Positions 12,001 through 21,089 of a stretch of 50,574 nucleotides of DNA are shown here, piece by piece. The notes below the pieces were generated by a model that was given only the letters and a program-made list of their open reading frames with translations, made no database searches and was not told where the DNA came from. Source of the DNA: a virus (Duplodnaviria; Caudoviricetes); the IMG/VR virus record IMGVR_UViG_3300032226_000543, positions 1 through 50,574 of that record. One strand, given 5' to 3'. The translations under genes and the position numbers were made by a program. Each line of letters starts with the position of its first letter. Position 1 is the stretch's first letter.

Positions 12001-15000
12001 TGTTACTGATGTCAATGTAGTTAAAACCAGAGTTGAAATTGTATTAAGCAGAACACACGGACTATCAGTTGGTGATATTTTTGGTATTAGAAATATTGAA
12101 AATCTAGAAGGATTCTACAAGATTACAGAAGTACCAGATAGAAAAACTATAGTAATTCAAATCAGTAAGGATGCCAAAGAACCAAAATGGGAATCTAGTA
12201 CACTTATCAATTTAGAACTATTCAGCACTGCTAGATTTACTGATTACCAATCTGTAGATCTTGCCAATGCCGCAACATTAACCAGCGGCGCTAAATTCTG
12301 GATTGACAATAACATAAATGACAATTGGGAAGTTTCCGAAAAACAAAAACTATTTTCAGCAACTGAAATTTCAGAATATGGTGCAACAGTTCCGGAAGGT
12401 AATGGCAAATCTGTATTGTACATTGATATATTAACTCAGATTATTTCTTCAATGCCTGCAAGTAATCTAGTTGTATCTTATCTAGAAAGAGCCGAAGGAC
12501 TTAAACCGTTTCAAATTTTTGAAAGACCAAATACCATAAACTTGGACATTAAAAAATCATTTGGCGAGAGTCTAGCAGTTAGTCCAGACGGCAAGTGGTT
12601 GGTTATTGGTAGTCCAAGAGCAACAGAGGTTAGATCAGATTATCGAGAAGTCTATGACAGTGCTTCAGATTATTCTCAAGGAGACATAGTTTTACACAAA
12701 GGAAAACTATGGAGAGCTAAAGTTAATATATTTGCTAGTGATCTTACTATAGGACCAGATAGTACTCGTATACGCATTGGTGCTGATAGTACCATTGCTA
12801 GCATTGACACTACCATGGAAGATTGGGAACCAGTGCTAGTTATCACAGCTAATTCTCAAGGAACTAACACAGGATACAACGAACAAGGTGCAATATCTCT
12901 GTATGAGTGGAGTGGACAAAATTGGGTTGAACAATATACTTTTGTTAGTCCAAGACAAAACAACGATGAACAGTTTGGTTCTAAAATAACTATAGGTGTT
13001 GATAACGGAAACTACTACATGGCTGTTTCCGCCCCAGGTGCAGAAAACAACAAGGGTCGAGTATATCTATACAAATATGCTCCGCTGAGTATTGACACTT
13101 CGGAAACCATAACATACAAAGTAACAGTTGCGCCGCCGCAGGGAACGGACTCTGGTTACAAATATTATATTAATGATCAATATAGACCTAATCTATCATT
13201 GATGGTTGGTAATACCTATATATTTGATCAAACAGATCTTAGTAATGTTTATTATCCTAATCCTGTAACCGGTACTATAACCAACAAGCATCCGTTGAAT
13301 TTTAGTAACGATAACATTAATGGTGTACTTGGCGGCGGAACATTATATACTACAGGGGTTACATATCTTCTTGACAATCGCACAGTTACTCAGGCACAGT
13401 ATATTGCAGGATTTACTATTGCTACAACAAGAAAAGTTCAAATCACAGTAACAGAAAATACTGCAAGTATCTTATATTATTACTCGTCAGCAACACTAAG
13501 CATGGGTAACAGTATAATTAAAAAATATCCTAATATTGCTAAAGAATGGCAATTAATTGAAAATCAAAACTTCAAAGGAGTCTACGATAATACCGGAGCT
13601 AGATTCTACGAAGCTGGAGCTATTGTATGGTACAACAACCAACTGTGGCAATCCCTAGAAGATCAGACCGGCGACGGCAGTACTATTATTGTTAATGATT
13701 CTAATTGGATACAATTAGATCCTATATCAACTCAAAGTTCCTTGCCTACAAATATTGCACTTGAGGACGATAGCACTGATTTGACTATTGGACCTATATT
13801 ATCAAATCAAACAGCCGAATTAGTTAAAGTCGGCGATAGGTTTGGTTCTAGTATGACTATGAGTCGCGACGGAATGACACTAGTAATCGGATCACCAACT
13901 AGTGACGGACAATATTTTACCAACTATCGAGGCGTTTGGAATAGTTATCAACTCTATGTATCTGGCGATGTAGTTAAGTGGACAAATAACTATTATAGAT
14001 TAGGCGCTACATCTTCTACAGGAGCGAATCCAGTATCCGGATCTCCTTGGTCGTTGATTGAACCAGTATCGGATGCAATTTCTGGAAAAGTTTATATCTA
14101 TAAGATGAATAATTACGGCTTTTACAGTTTAATGCAGACAATCAATGCAGGCAGTTTACCTGATGTTAATGATTTAGCATCTACCGAGATAATCAACTCT
14201 GGAGATTTGTTTGGATTTGCTATTGACATTGATAATTCTGGAAATACTATTACTATCTCTAGTCCGCAAGCAGATATTAATCTACAAAATCAAGGCAGTG
14301 TTTATATCTTTAGATACGATACAGATTCAACAATTCCTGAATATCGACTAAAACAAAAACTTCAAAGTTATGAAGTTTACAACAACGAATTATTTGGATT
14401 CAGTGTATCTATTAGTGAGCGTGGTGAGCGTGTGGTAGTTGGAGCAAAGAATACTCCCTACAAACTACCAACACGATTTGATCTTGCAACTAGAACACGC
14501 TTCGATGGTGGTCGTACAACATTCTCAGAAGATCAAGGCTATCCTGGACAAGTTTATGTGTTTGAACTCAAAGATCAAACTTATGTACTTGCTGAAAAAC
14601 TAGAAGCTGATTTGTTGGACAACGAAGCATTTGGTTATTCGTTAGATAGTACTGCCTCGGTAATTATAACAGGTTCTCCTAGTTATTCAACAACAGGCAT
14701 GACTAGAATATTTAGAAAAGATGTTACCAAAGACAGTTTTGCAGTTCTAGCAGAAGAATCTCCTATGGTAAACATTGATCTCCTAAAGAGTGTTGCAGTC
14801 TATGACGATGAAAAATATCTAAAAATTGCAGACCTAGATATTATTGATGTAAACAAATTAAAAATCCTTGGCCGTGCAGAACAAGAAATTAAATTTAAAA
14901 CTCTATACGATCCTGCAACTTATACCAACGGTACTTCTGAAGTTGAAGTTGATGCTGACCAAGCATGGTTTGAAAAAAATGTTGGCGTAATTTGGTGGAA

Positions 15001-18000
15001 CATCAGTACTGCTAAATGGGCGCATTATGAGCAAGGAGATCTTGCCTATCGCGCAGGTAACTGGAATCAACTAGCACCCGGTGCTAGCATTGACATCTGC
15101 GAGTGGGTTGAAAGCTCATTGAGTCCAACTGATTGGGCCAAGATAGCAGATACCACAGACGGATTGTCAGCTGGTATTTCTGGTCAACCATTATACAGCA
15201 ATACTGCATATTCTATCAAGCGATTTACTAATCCTAACACGGGTCTATCCTACGGCACAAAATATTATTTCTGGGTAAAGAATAAAACAATTATTCCTAG
15301 CGGTGTTGCTGGCAGAAATATCTCAGCTGCCAGTGTCGCAACACTAATTGAAAATCCTGCCAGTGACGGTACACCAATATTGGCTATCATTGACACTGAT
15401 AAGTTTTTGACTTACAATTTAAGTTCTGTGATTACAGGCGATTCTGCTTTGATAAACATTGAATATTACAATTCAGAACGCAGACCTAATGCCACTCACA
15501 CAGAGTATCAGTTGTTAACAGAAGGTATTGCAGACAGTCTGCCAAGCGCCTCATTAGAACAAAAATGGATTGACAGTCTTGTTGGATTCAATCAGGCAGG
15601 AAACCCTGTTCCTGATCCTACACTGTTGCCTAAACAACGATACGGTCTAGCATTTAGACCCATTCAAACAATGTTTGTTGATCGAGGAACTGCATTAAAG
15701 ATTGTTATCGATCGAAGCAACGCAATACTAGAGACACGACCATTTGCAGATCTAATTGATTTTGAAAATCTAAATCAAATTGAAAACATTCCTAACGAAA
15801 CCTTAAACTTATATGACATAACAGTAGACACATTTGCTGAATTGGCAGAAGTGGGTATTGTTAGAATTTCCCCGGCAATTTTAAGTGCAAATATTGTTGA
15901 TGGAGAAATTGACACAATTGATATTGTTGATCCCGGTTTTGGATATCGCACAGTACCACCTGTCAAGATAGTCGGTGATGGACTAGGAGCCAAGGCAACA
16001 GTTGCTCTCGACCTGCAAGGCAGAATCACATCAGTTACTGTTGTACAGAAAGGTAGAAAATATACCACAGCTGATGTGTCAGTAAGAAACTTCTCAGTGC
16101 TGGTTAAAAATGACACAACCTATAATAACTATTGGGCTATCTATTTCTGGGACAGTGTTAGAGAAGGATTTTTCAAGAGTACTGTACAATCTTATGACAC
16201 AACTAAGTATTGGACTTATACCGATTGGTATGCCAGCGGTTATGGTGCAGTAACTCGAATCGTAAAAGAAATTTTAGATCTTTACCTTGAGCCCACAATT
16301 AAAATAACAGTTGGCAGTGTTATCAAGGTCAAAGAATATGCTAACGGTGGCTGGGCATTGCTTGAAAGAGTTACAGATGGCACCGGAGATATTCTTGGCA
16401 AATATATTTTAGTTGGTCGTGAGAACGGAACAATTAAAATTAACGAATCAATTTACAATGTTAAAGTCTACGACTATCAAGGGTCTTACGATGAAGTAAC
16501 ATACGACAATCAACCGACACAAGAATTAAGATTTATTTTTGCTGCCCTAAAAGAAAATATCTTTATTGACAATCTACGAGCAGAGTGGAATAAGTTATTC
16601 TTTGCTAGTATTCGTTATATCTTCTCAGAACAAACATATGTTGACTGGGCATTTAAAACCAGCTTCTTAAACGCTATTCACAATATTGGTGATCTAGAAC
16701 AAAAGACAAATTATAAGAATGACAATTTGTCTAGCTTTCAAAATTATCTAGAAGAAGTGAAACCTTTTAGAACAACCATTAGAGAGTATACCAGCAGATA
16801 CACTGACATCGATAGGCAAGGAGCAGCGATCACAGACTTTGATGTGCCACCAGCATATGATATTAGAGAAGGAAAAATACTTCCTATACTAGAAAATTCT
16901 AGTGTTGTCGACACCTATCCTTACAAATGGTGGAAAGACAATCATGCATATTCTATCACTGACATTGTTCTTTCTGATGTAGGCGCAGATTATAAAGATG
17001 CTCCTCGTGTTGTAATTACAGGCGATGGATCAGGCGCCAGTGCTCAGGCATTTATTGCCAACGGATCAGTTTCTGGAATTAAAATGTTAACTGCCGGCAC
17101 AGGTTATACCACAGCATCAGTTAGTATTGTTGGCGGTAACGGCACATCTACCAGCATTGCAAAAGCTGTGGCTATCATCGGCGATGGTAAAACAAGAACC
17201 TTTGACTTAACAGTTAAATTTGATAGAATTACCAAAGAGGGCACTTACCTAGAATACACCTATAGTCAAGAATTTGTTGCGGACGGATTTACTGCAATAT
17301 TTGAATTAAATTATCCACCAACACGAGACAAGACAAAAATTGCAGTCACTATCAACGACGAAATTATACTAGATAGCGAATATGAAATCACATTCTATAA
17401 GTCCAGTACAGATTCGTACAGTCTGTTAAGAGGCAAACTAAAGTTGATGTCTTTACCAATTGCTGGCGCAACTATTGTAATTGACTACGAAAAAGCTGAT
17501 GAAATTTTAGAAGCGGTGGACAGAATTAACAAATATTACAGTCCAACTCGTGGTATGGTAGGCAAAGAAATCAACCAACTAATGACCGGTATAGATTTTG
17601 GCGGAGTACAAATTCAAGGAACTACATTTGATGTTAGTGGCGGTTGGGATGCGCTTCCTTGGTTTACAGATACATGGGATTCTGTAGAACCAAACGCAGA
17701 TTTTTATTATGTGGTTGATACGCAACCGTATACCTTAACCGGACTAGATAGTCGATCATTAACCTGGAAAGCAGGTTCTGTAGTCAGCTATAGAAACAAA
17801 CAATATCGTGCAGTAATTGACAACGCCGACAAACCTCCTGTTGAATTTCCAGAAGTATGGGAAGAATTAACAATCGTGTTGCCGTTTACGCCAGTAGTAG
17901 GACAACAATTATCAGTGTATCTAAAACGAAGCGGATTAGGATCTCCTAGAAGTATTGACACACTAGATTCAGCCGGAGCGCCTGTTATTGTTTATGATCA

Positions 18001-20413
18001 AGGAATTGAAGCATCTCGCACAATCCGAATTGACGATCCAAATTTTGGAGGTGCTGGAGTTACTAACACATTTGCTGTAATGCCAACAGTAGTAGGCGAC
18101 GGCTCAACAAACAGTGTTGATGTTCAACAATATGTACAAATTGAAAACAGAGATACCTTAATATTCCGTCCTTTAGATAGCGACGGTACAGTTAACATCA
18201 CTGATATTAATATTATTGATACAAATTTAACAGGCGGATCATTAAGTGCAGTTAGCGGAGCCTATATTACCGCTACTGGTACCGCAGCAGAAGATATTGT
18301 AGTTGACGGTAGTAAATTTATCAGTCCTGACCAAGTTCCAGCTCCCGAAGAAAATATTCCTGGTCAAGTTATTGACAGTGTTTCGATCAAGGTGTTCCAC
18401 ACAGTACAGACTGGCGCAACACCGTTACAATCTCGTGTATTAAAATCTAATGGAAGAGATAAGCGTTTTGCTATTGGATTAACTGTGCTAGATAGTGCAT
18501 CGGTAATGGTTTATGTAGACAAAGTGAAATGCGAAATCAATTCAGCAGACAGCAGCATAGAATATATTATAGATTACAATACCAACGAAGTGGTGTTTAC
18601 TAATGCTCCAATTAGAGATTCTGTAATTGAAATTATATCAATAGGAGTCGGCGGTGCAGCCCTGCTAGATTACCAAGAGTTTGAAGCAGATGGAGATACA
18701 TTATTGTTCTTGACTAGAGCAAATTTTGTCGACACTGCGTCTGTGGTTGTAACAGTAGACGGAGTAGATGTTGATGCATTACCTATCAACAGTTCCGAAG
18801 TATTGGACATTGCAAATAAAACACTAATACAATTTGCCAACAAACCAGAACGCCGCCAAATTGTAAAAATTGTTTGCCTAGGAGCTAATTCCGACGTTGA
18901 CTCAACCGGAACATCTGTTGTAAGAGTCAATCAGCAAACTATTACATATGACGGAAGTACACTAAGTTATGATCTTGATCAATTTGTAAATCTTGAAAGA
19001 GCCAGTGCATCTGGATCAGTACTAGTTGAAATAAATGGAATACAATTAAAAGGTGTTGACACCGAATTTGTAGTCTATAACGGATCAAATAACAGTGTGA
19101 TTATTGGCCAAGATCCAAGAGAAGCTCCAAATACTGCTACTCAGACCAACATTCAAGTCTATGTCAATAATGAATTAAAGAGAAACATCCTTGATTATGT
19201 CTATGATGGAAATGAAAATACTGTAACTGTTAATACTGAAGTGTTAAAAATTAACGATGAAATAAAAATTATTGTAGACATTAGAAGTCAGTATACTTTT
19301 TCAAATAATAACATTGTGTTCAATGGAACTAGTTTTGTAGAAAACGACAGCACAACTACCCTACAAGAAAACGACCAAATCACAGTCACTTGGTTTAGTG
19401 AATATCCAAGTATGAATATTATTTCTGATCAGTACACTGGAGGTAAAGTTCAGTATCGATTAGCAAGAGAACCAGTTAACGCTAGTTATATTTGGGTTTA
19501 TAAAAACGGCCGTAGACTAACACAAGAACAAGACTACCAAGTGTCCATTCCAAGAAATGTTGTCTATTTGAAAACAGCATCATTAATCACAGACGAAATC
19601 AAGATAGTACAGTTTGGTAATTATACAAGACGACAGCCGTTGGCTTACGAAGTGTTTAAAGACATGCTAAACATCTACCATTTCAATCGTTTCAGCATCG
19701 ATAAAGCAGTAACTTTATCTCAAGATTTAAATTACTACGATCAAGTAATACAAGTTACAGACACAACTAATTTGTTTGAACCAATTAAATCTAGAAATAT
19801 TCCAGGCACTGTTTATATCAACGGAGAACGCATTGATTATTTTGACAAAACAGCAACAACACTATCACAGCTAAGAAGAGGAACTAACGGAACAGCTATC
19901 AAAGAAGTACACGCATCGGGTAGCAATGTAGTTGATGTTGGCCGAGTTGAAAATCTTCCATATAACGAAAGTCAAGAAAGATTAGACTTTGTTAGCGACG
20001 GTAGTAGTTTGTTAATTGGACCGCTAAACTATGTTCCCGAAGCCGCAACTAGATCCAACTGGACAAGAATAACAATCCCAACAGGATATGAGCCTTGCGA
20101 TCAAATTGAAGTATTTGCAGCAGGCAAACGTTTAAGAAAAGATCCGCTAACTGTTTACGATCAAACAGCTAATATTACTAGCCCTCAAGCTGATACAGTG
20201 TTAGAAGCTGAATTTAGTGTAGATGGTGTAAACGATTATATTCGACTAACTTCTACGGTTCCTGCAGGAACTCGAATTACCGTTATTAGGCGAATTGGAA
20301 AAACATGGTATGATCGGGGAGAAACAACCGCTTCATCGGGCGTTACCTTGTTGAAAAATTCAAGCTCTATTGCTGAATTTCTAAAACAAAAGAGCACCGA
20401 ACTGCCTGAATAA
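6035..20413 (+). CDS. Giant (4792 aa) virion structural/baseplate wedge protein with beta-propeller, carbohydrate-binding-like and cupredoxin-like modules
   Basis: Uninterrupted 14.4-kb ORF after gp6. It has the N-terminal LLPQVFKT and WAPPIEWDKFVNFREYYW motifs, FIREKGTANAI and YLEEVKPFRTTIREY wedge-like motifs, six FG-GAP-like FGxS repeats and about seven W/Y..Y..GD.V...W modules. Confidence 0.75.
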   Translation: MANEIFPESGLPIRRTVDLLPQVFKTETNSKFMAGVIDPLVQPGVLQKTVGYIGRRYGKTYKGSDIYLDSDNTLRSRYQLEPGVVLSDDQGNIENFYDYIDFKNQLRFFNNFNERDDLITSQDHYSWAPPIEWDKFVNFREYYWVPSGPPSVKVLGQGDAITSTYRVRQGTTSTWIFYPDGATNNPTLTLYRGQTYNFAVNSPREGFYIRTAFDTGSLKYNPFLPYIPNQLAVYDGKLWRALTFVTASVDGTIVEGPEWELVDENVQTSKFDYFSGVTNNGATNGTVTFEVPHDAPDILYYQSAINPDRFGRFLIQDIEENTSINIDKEILGKQTYTSSNGIEFTNGLVVRFGGKVTPAKYKKDNWLVEKVGREITLIKFSDLEVPIITSQIPEVIFDNTGFDTEPFDDATSYPGEKDYIAICRSSIDFNPWSRYNRWFHKSTLEQAHKLNGTDFEAGDNFRAKRPIIEFRSNLQLFNHGSVAKTPVDFIDTFTTDIFSTIEGSQGYSVDGEFLYQGARILFVADTDQLANNKIYQVNFITHNNVRQITLKATSDSDPILGEGVLVRSGNVNKGLMYHFNGVNWIPSQEKTKANQLPLFDLFDNNGISFSDATTYPSSTFTGSPILSYKVGNSVADSELGFSLDYLNIDNVGDILFTYNLDLDSFSYSVNQETLTKNLNTGFYRFNPLDEFANGWVKSDSNYQQPILDSVVVTEATNQITLATVNWEAFSSRQSTVIFYLNGQRHLDSYTREYGTFTFANAFAVNDVVSIKIYIDIDPDQGYYQIPHGLEKNPLNDNLTAFTLGQAIDHLSSAMEIETEFSGVYPGNSNLRNIDGYQPRCMRFLKHSGIAPMAVSLLCDKNINIIKSIQHSLRAYSNFKNEFLKRIAEVMPLDNVVDFVDEVIAAMTITKDSSDPFADSDMIGNGAHADIVYLVEDEGIKVFALSQTFNLTELSRRAVYVYCNGEQLIHGTDYVFDSTFGFVRLSLTLAEGDQIVIREYASTAFNYIPATPTKLGLYKKYLPRIYLDDTFVAPRLVIQGHDGSITAAYDDYRDDAILELELRIYNNIKQEYNENIFNIDTVFGGYYGNALYTKPELDAIVMQDFLRWVSNTDIDYTNNDQYFDTQNSFTYTYSNMTDPTRLQSLPGYWRGVYRWFYDTDRPHICPWEILGFSEKPTWWESEYGPAPYTRGNLILWEDIRDGVIRQGSRAGTYARYARPSILNHIPTDGDGRLLSPLDSGLANDFTLINNQGDYRPGDISPAEAAWRSSSEWPFSVISALCLLKPFEFITDSFDRSRMAVNQLGQTVSARSSVFSKISDLLVPVVGGTQLSGLVTFVSSYVRSKNLDPQVLLTRLNNLDIKISTRMSGFVDQTEQKYLLDSKNPSATSSSIYVPNENYDVIFNVGVPMIGIAYSGVLIEKLAEGWKIKGYDNQQPYFNYFKPIASSSDPLTSVGGTSVSFLDWAADKVYSNGDVVRTQNTFYRALKSHTSTGVFDKSLWKILPKLPVVGGVEAYFRKTFNQLAPVQLYYGTVITKIQGVVDFLLGYQAYLKTQGFSFDRYDAENQVAYNWGTSCKEFLFWTKHNWAVGSLLTLSPSAGQVEMKIPLGVADSLFDSFYDYQIFKSDGTPLLPIFLNVNRDFQSVTVSTVNTNEGIYFIKVYFVLKEHVTVFDDRTVFNDVIYDKTTGYRQERIKSRGFRTVDWDGDYTSPGFLFDNVNIQQWSPYTDYRLGDIVSYKSYNWVSKQNVQGTELFDTTIWEKLDTTPTKGLVANFDYRINQFEDYYDVDADGLGSSQRDLSRHVIGYQTREYLQNMAEDAVSQFKLYQGFIREKGTANAITKVFDKLSRTNTGSIELNEEWAFRVGRLGGTEQFNETEFRILKNDFKINPQPVIIAPTESNADLLDLYMRVPEKNFTIAPRPFTANVNPVKKYKLTPRTAGYVNSFDIDFAVKNYDDILALNIADFVENSHVWITFYNTSWTVLRYNISRLLFVTDVNVVKTRVEIVLSRTHGLSVGDIFGIRNIENLEGFYKITEVPDRKTIVIQISKDAKEPKWESSTLINLELFSTARFTDYQSVDLANAATLTSGAKFWIDNNINDNWEVSEKQKLFSATEISEYGATVPEGNGKSVLYIDILTQIISSMPASNLVVSYLERAEGLKPFQIFERPNTINLDIKKSFGESLAVSPDGKWLVIGSPRATEVRSDYREVYDSASDYSQGDIVLHKGKLWRAKVNIFASDLTIGPDSTRIRIGADSTIASIDTTMEDWEPVLVITANSQGTNTGYNEQGAISLYEWSGQNWVEQYTFVSPRQNNDEQFGSKITIGVDNGNYYMAVSAPGAENNKGRVYLYKYAPLSIDTSETITYKVTVAPPQGTDSGYKYYINDQYRPNLSLMVGNTYIFDQTDLSNVYYPNPVTGTITNKHPLNFSNDNINGVLGGGTLYTTGVTYLLDNRTVTQAQYIAGFTIATTRKVQITVTENTASILYYYSSATLSMGNSIIKKYPNIAKEWQLIENQNFKGVYDNTGARFYEAGAIVWYNNQLWQSLEDQTGDGSTIIVNDSNWIQLDPISTQSSLPTNIALEDDSTDLTIGPILSNQTAELVKVGDRFGSSMTMSRDGMTLVIGSPTSDGQYFTNYRGVWNSYQLYVSGDVVKWTNNYYRLGATSSTGANPVSGSPWSLIEPVSDAISGKVYIYKMNNYGFYSLMQTINAGSLPDVNDLASTEIINSGDLFGFAIDIDNSGNTITISSPQADINLQNQGSVYIFRYDTDSTIPEYRLKQKLQSYEVYNNELFGFSVSISERGERVVVGAKNTPYKLPTRFDLATRTRFDGGRTTFSEDQGYPGQVYVFELKDQTYVLAEKLEADLLDNEAFGYSLDSTASVIITGSPSYSTTGMTRIFRKDVTKDSFAVLAEESPMVNIDLLKSVAVYDDEKYLKIADLDIIDVNKLKILGRAEQEIKFKTLYDPATYTNGTSEVEVDADQAWFEKNVGVIWWNISTAKWAHYEQGDLAYRAGNWNQLAPGASIDICEWVESSLSPTDWAKIADTTDGLSAGISGQPLYSNTAYSIKRFTNPNTGLSYGTKYYFWVKNKTIIPSGVAGRNISAASVATLIENPASDGTPILAIIDTDKFLTYNLSSVITGDSALINIEYYNSERRPNATHTEYQLLTEGIADSLPSASLEQKWIDSLVGFNQAGNPVPDPTLLPKQRYGLAFRPIQTMFVDRGTALKIVIDRSNAILETRPFADLIDFENLNQIENIPNETLNLYDITVDTFAELAEVGIVRISPAILSANIVDGEIDTIDIVDPGFGYRTVPPVKIVGDGLGAKATVALDLQGRITSVTVVQKGRKYTTADVSVRNFSVLVKNDTTYNNYWAIYFWDSVREGFFKSTVQSYDTTKYWTYTDWYASGYGAVTRIVKEILDLYLEPTIKITVGSVIKVKEYANGGWALLERVTDGTGDILGKYILVGRENGTIKINESIYNVKVYDYQGSYDEVTYDNQPTQELRFIFAALKENIFIDNLRAEWNKLFFASIRYIFSEQTYVDWAFKTSFLNAIHNIGDLEQKTNYKNDNLSSFQNYLEEVKPFRTTIREYTSRYTDIDRQGAAITDFDVPPAYDIREGKILPILENSSVVDTYPYKWWKDNHAYSITDIVLSDVGADYKDAPRVVITGDGSGASAQAFIANGSVSGIKMLTAGTGYTTASVSIVGGNGTSTSIAKAVAIIGDGKTRTFDLTVKFDRITKEGTYLEYTYSQEFVADGFTAIFELNYPPTRDKTKIAVTINDEIILDSEYEITFYKSSTDSYSLLRGKLKLMSLPIAGATIVIDYEKADEILEAVDRINKYYSPTRGMVGKEINQLMTGIDFGGVQIQGTTFDVSGGWDALPWFTDTWDSVEPNADFYYVVDTQPYTLTGLDSRSLTWKAGSVVSYRNKQYRAVIDNADKPPVEFPEVWEELTIVLPFTPVVGQQLSVYLKRSGLGSPRSIDTLDSAGAPVIVYDQGIEASRTIRIDDPNFGGAGVTNTFAVMPTVVGDGSTNSVDVQQYVQIENRDTLIFRPLDSDGTVNITDINIIDTNLTGGSLSAVSGAYITATGTAAEDIVVDGSKFISPDQVPAPEENIPGQVIDSVSIKVFHTVQTGATPLQSRVLKSNGRDKRFAIGLTVLDSASVMVYVDKVKCEINSADSSIEYIIDYNTNEVVFTNAPIRDSVIEIISIGVGGAALLDYQEFEADGDTLLFLTRANFVDTASVVVTVDGVDVDALPINSSEVLDIANKTLIQFANKPERRQIVKIVCLGANSDVDSTGTSVVRVNQQTITYDGSTLSYDLDQFVNLERASASGSVLVEINGIQLKGVDTEFVVYNGSNNSVIIGQDPREAPNTATQTNIQVYVNNELKRNILDYVYDGNENTVTVNTEVLKINDEIKIIVDIRSQYTFSNNNIVFNGTSFVENDSTTTLQENDQITVTWFSEYPSMNIISDQYTGGKVQYRLAREPVNASYIWVYKNGRRLTQEQDYQVSIPRNVVYLKTASLITDEIKIVQFGNYTRRQPLAYEVFKDMLNIYHFNRFSIDKAVTLSQDLNYYDQVIQVTDTTNLFEPIKSRNIPGTVYINGERIDYFDKTATTLSQLRRGTNGTAIKEVHASGSNVVDVGRVENLPYNESQERLDFVSDGSSLLIGPLNYVPEAATRSNWTRITIPTGYEPCDQIEVFAAGKRLRKDPLTVYDQTANITSPQADTVLEAEFSVDGVNDYIRLTSTVPAGTRITVIRRIGKTWYDRGETTASSGVTLLKNSSSIAEFLKQKSTELPE

Positions 20414-20416
20414 ATA
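20409..20416 (+). promoter_or_regulatory. Putative late promoter overlapping the stop codon of the giant gene
   Basis: AATAAATA, 7/8 match to TATAAATA, 4 nt before the ATG at 20421. Confidence 0.5.
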
Positions 20417-20420
20417 TACT

Positions 20421-21086
20421 ATGGAACAGAAAAACACAAGTGAATCAACTATGAAAAACCAAACACCAAAGGAAAATTCTCAACCTAATGAGACTTCAGG
20501 CTGGCATTTTGAGGGCCATATCAAGATTTTTGACCCAGAAACCGGTGAAGTATTTCAAGATAAGCGTAACGCTATTCACTACGAAAACATGAGTGTTGCT
20601 ATGGTCAACAGCCTAAGCAATCAAGGACAGGGATGGATTTACCAAATGGCATTTGGTAGCGGAGGAACAACAGTTGATCCTACTGGATTAATTACCTACT
20701 TAACACCTAATACTGTTGGAGTAAACACAGGATTGTATAATCAAACCTATGCTAAAATTGTCGATCAAAATGCTACAGAAAATGTAGATCCTACTAGAAA
20801 TAAAATGGAAATACGACATATTAGCGGAGCAACTTATAGTGATATTGTTATCAGCTGTCTACTTGATTATGGCGAGCCAGTTGGTCAACAGGCCTTTGAC
20901 AACAGCGTTGATATGAACGGTAACTATGTTTTTGACGAGCTAGGACTCAAGAGCTACAATCCAAATGGTCAGGGTAAATTGCTTACCCATGTGGTATTTC
21001 ATCCAGTTCAGAAATCTTTAAACAGACTCTTACAAGTTGATTATACAATTCGTGTACAGAGCTTAACCGGCTTCACAGAGGTATAA
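20421..21086 (+). CDS. Putative baseplate-associated virion protein
   Basis: GHIKIFD...KRNAIHYENMS, FDELGL and LLTHVVFHPVQKSLNRLLQVDYTIRVQ; embedded in the structural operon. An alternative start at 20451 is possible. Confidence 0.6.
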   Translation: MEQKNTSESTMKNQTPKENSQPNETSGWHFEGHIKIFDPETGEVFQDKRNAIHYENMSVAMVNSLSNQGQGWIYQMAFGSGGTTVDPTGLITYLTPNTVGVNTGLYNQTYAKIVDQNATENVDPTRNKMEIRHISGATYSDIVISCLLDYGEPVGQQAFDNSVDMNGNYVFDELGLKSYNPNGQGKLLTHVVFHPVQKSLNRLLQVDYTIRVQSLTGFTEV

Positions 21087-21089
21087 TAA

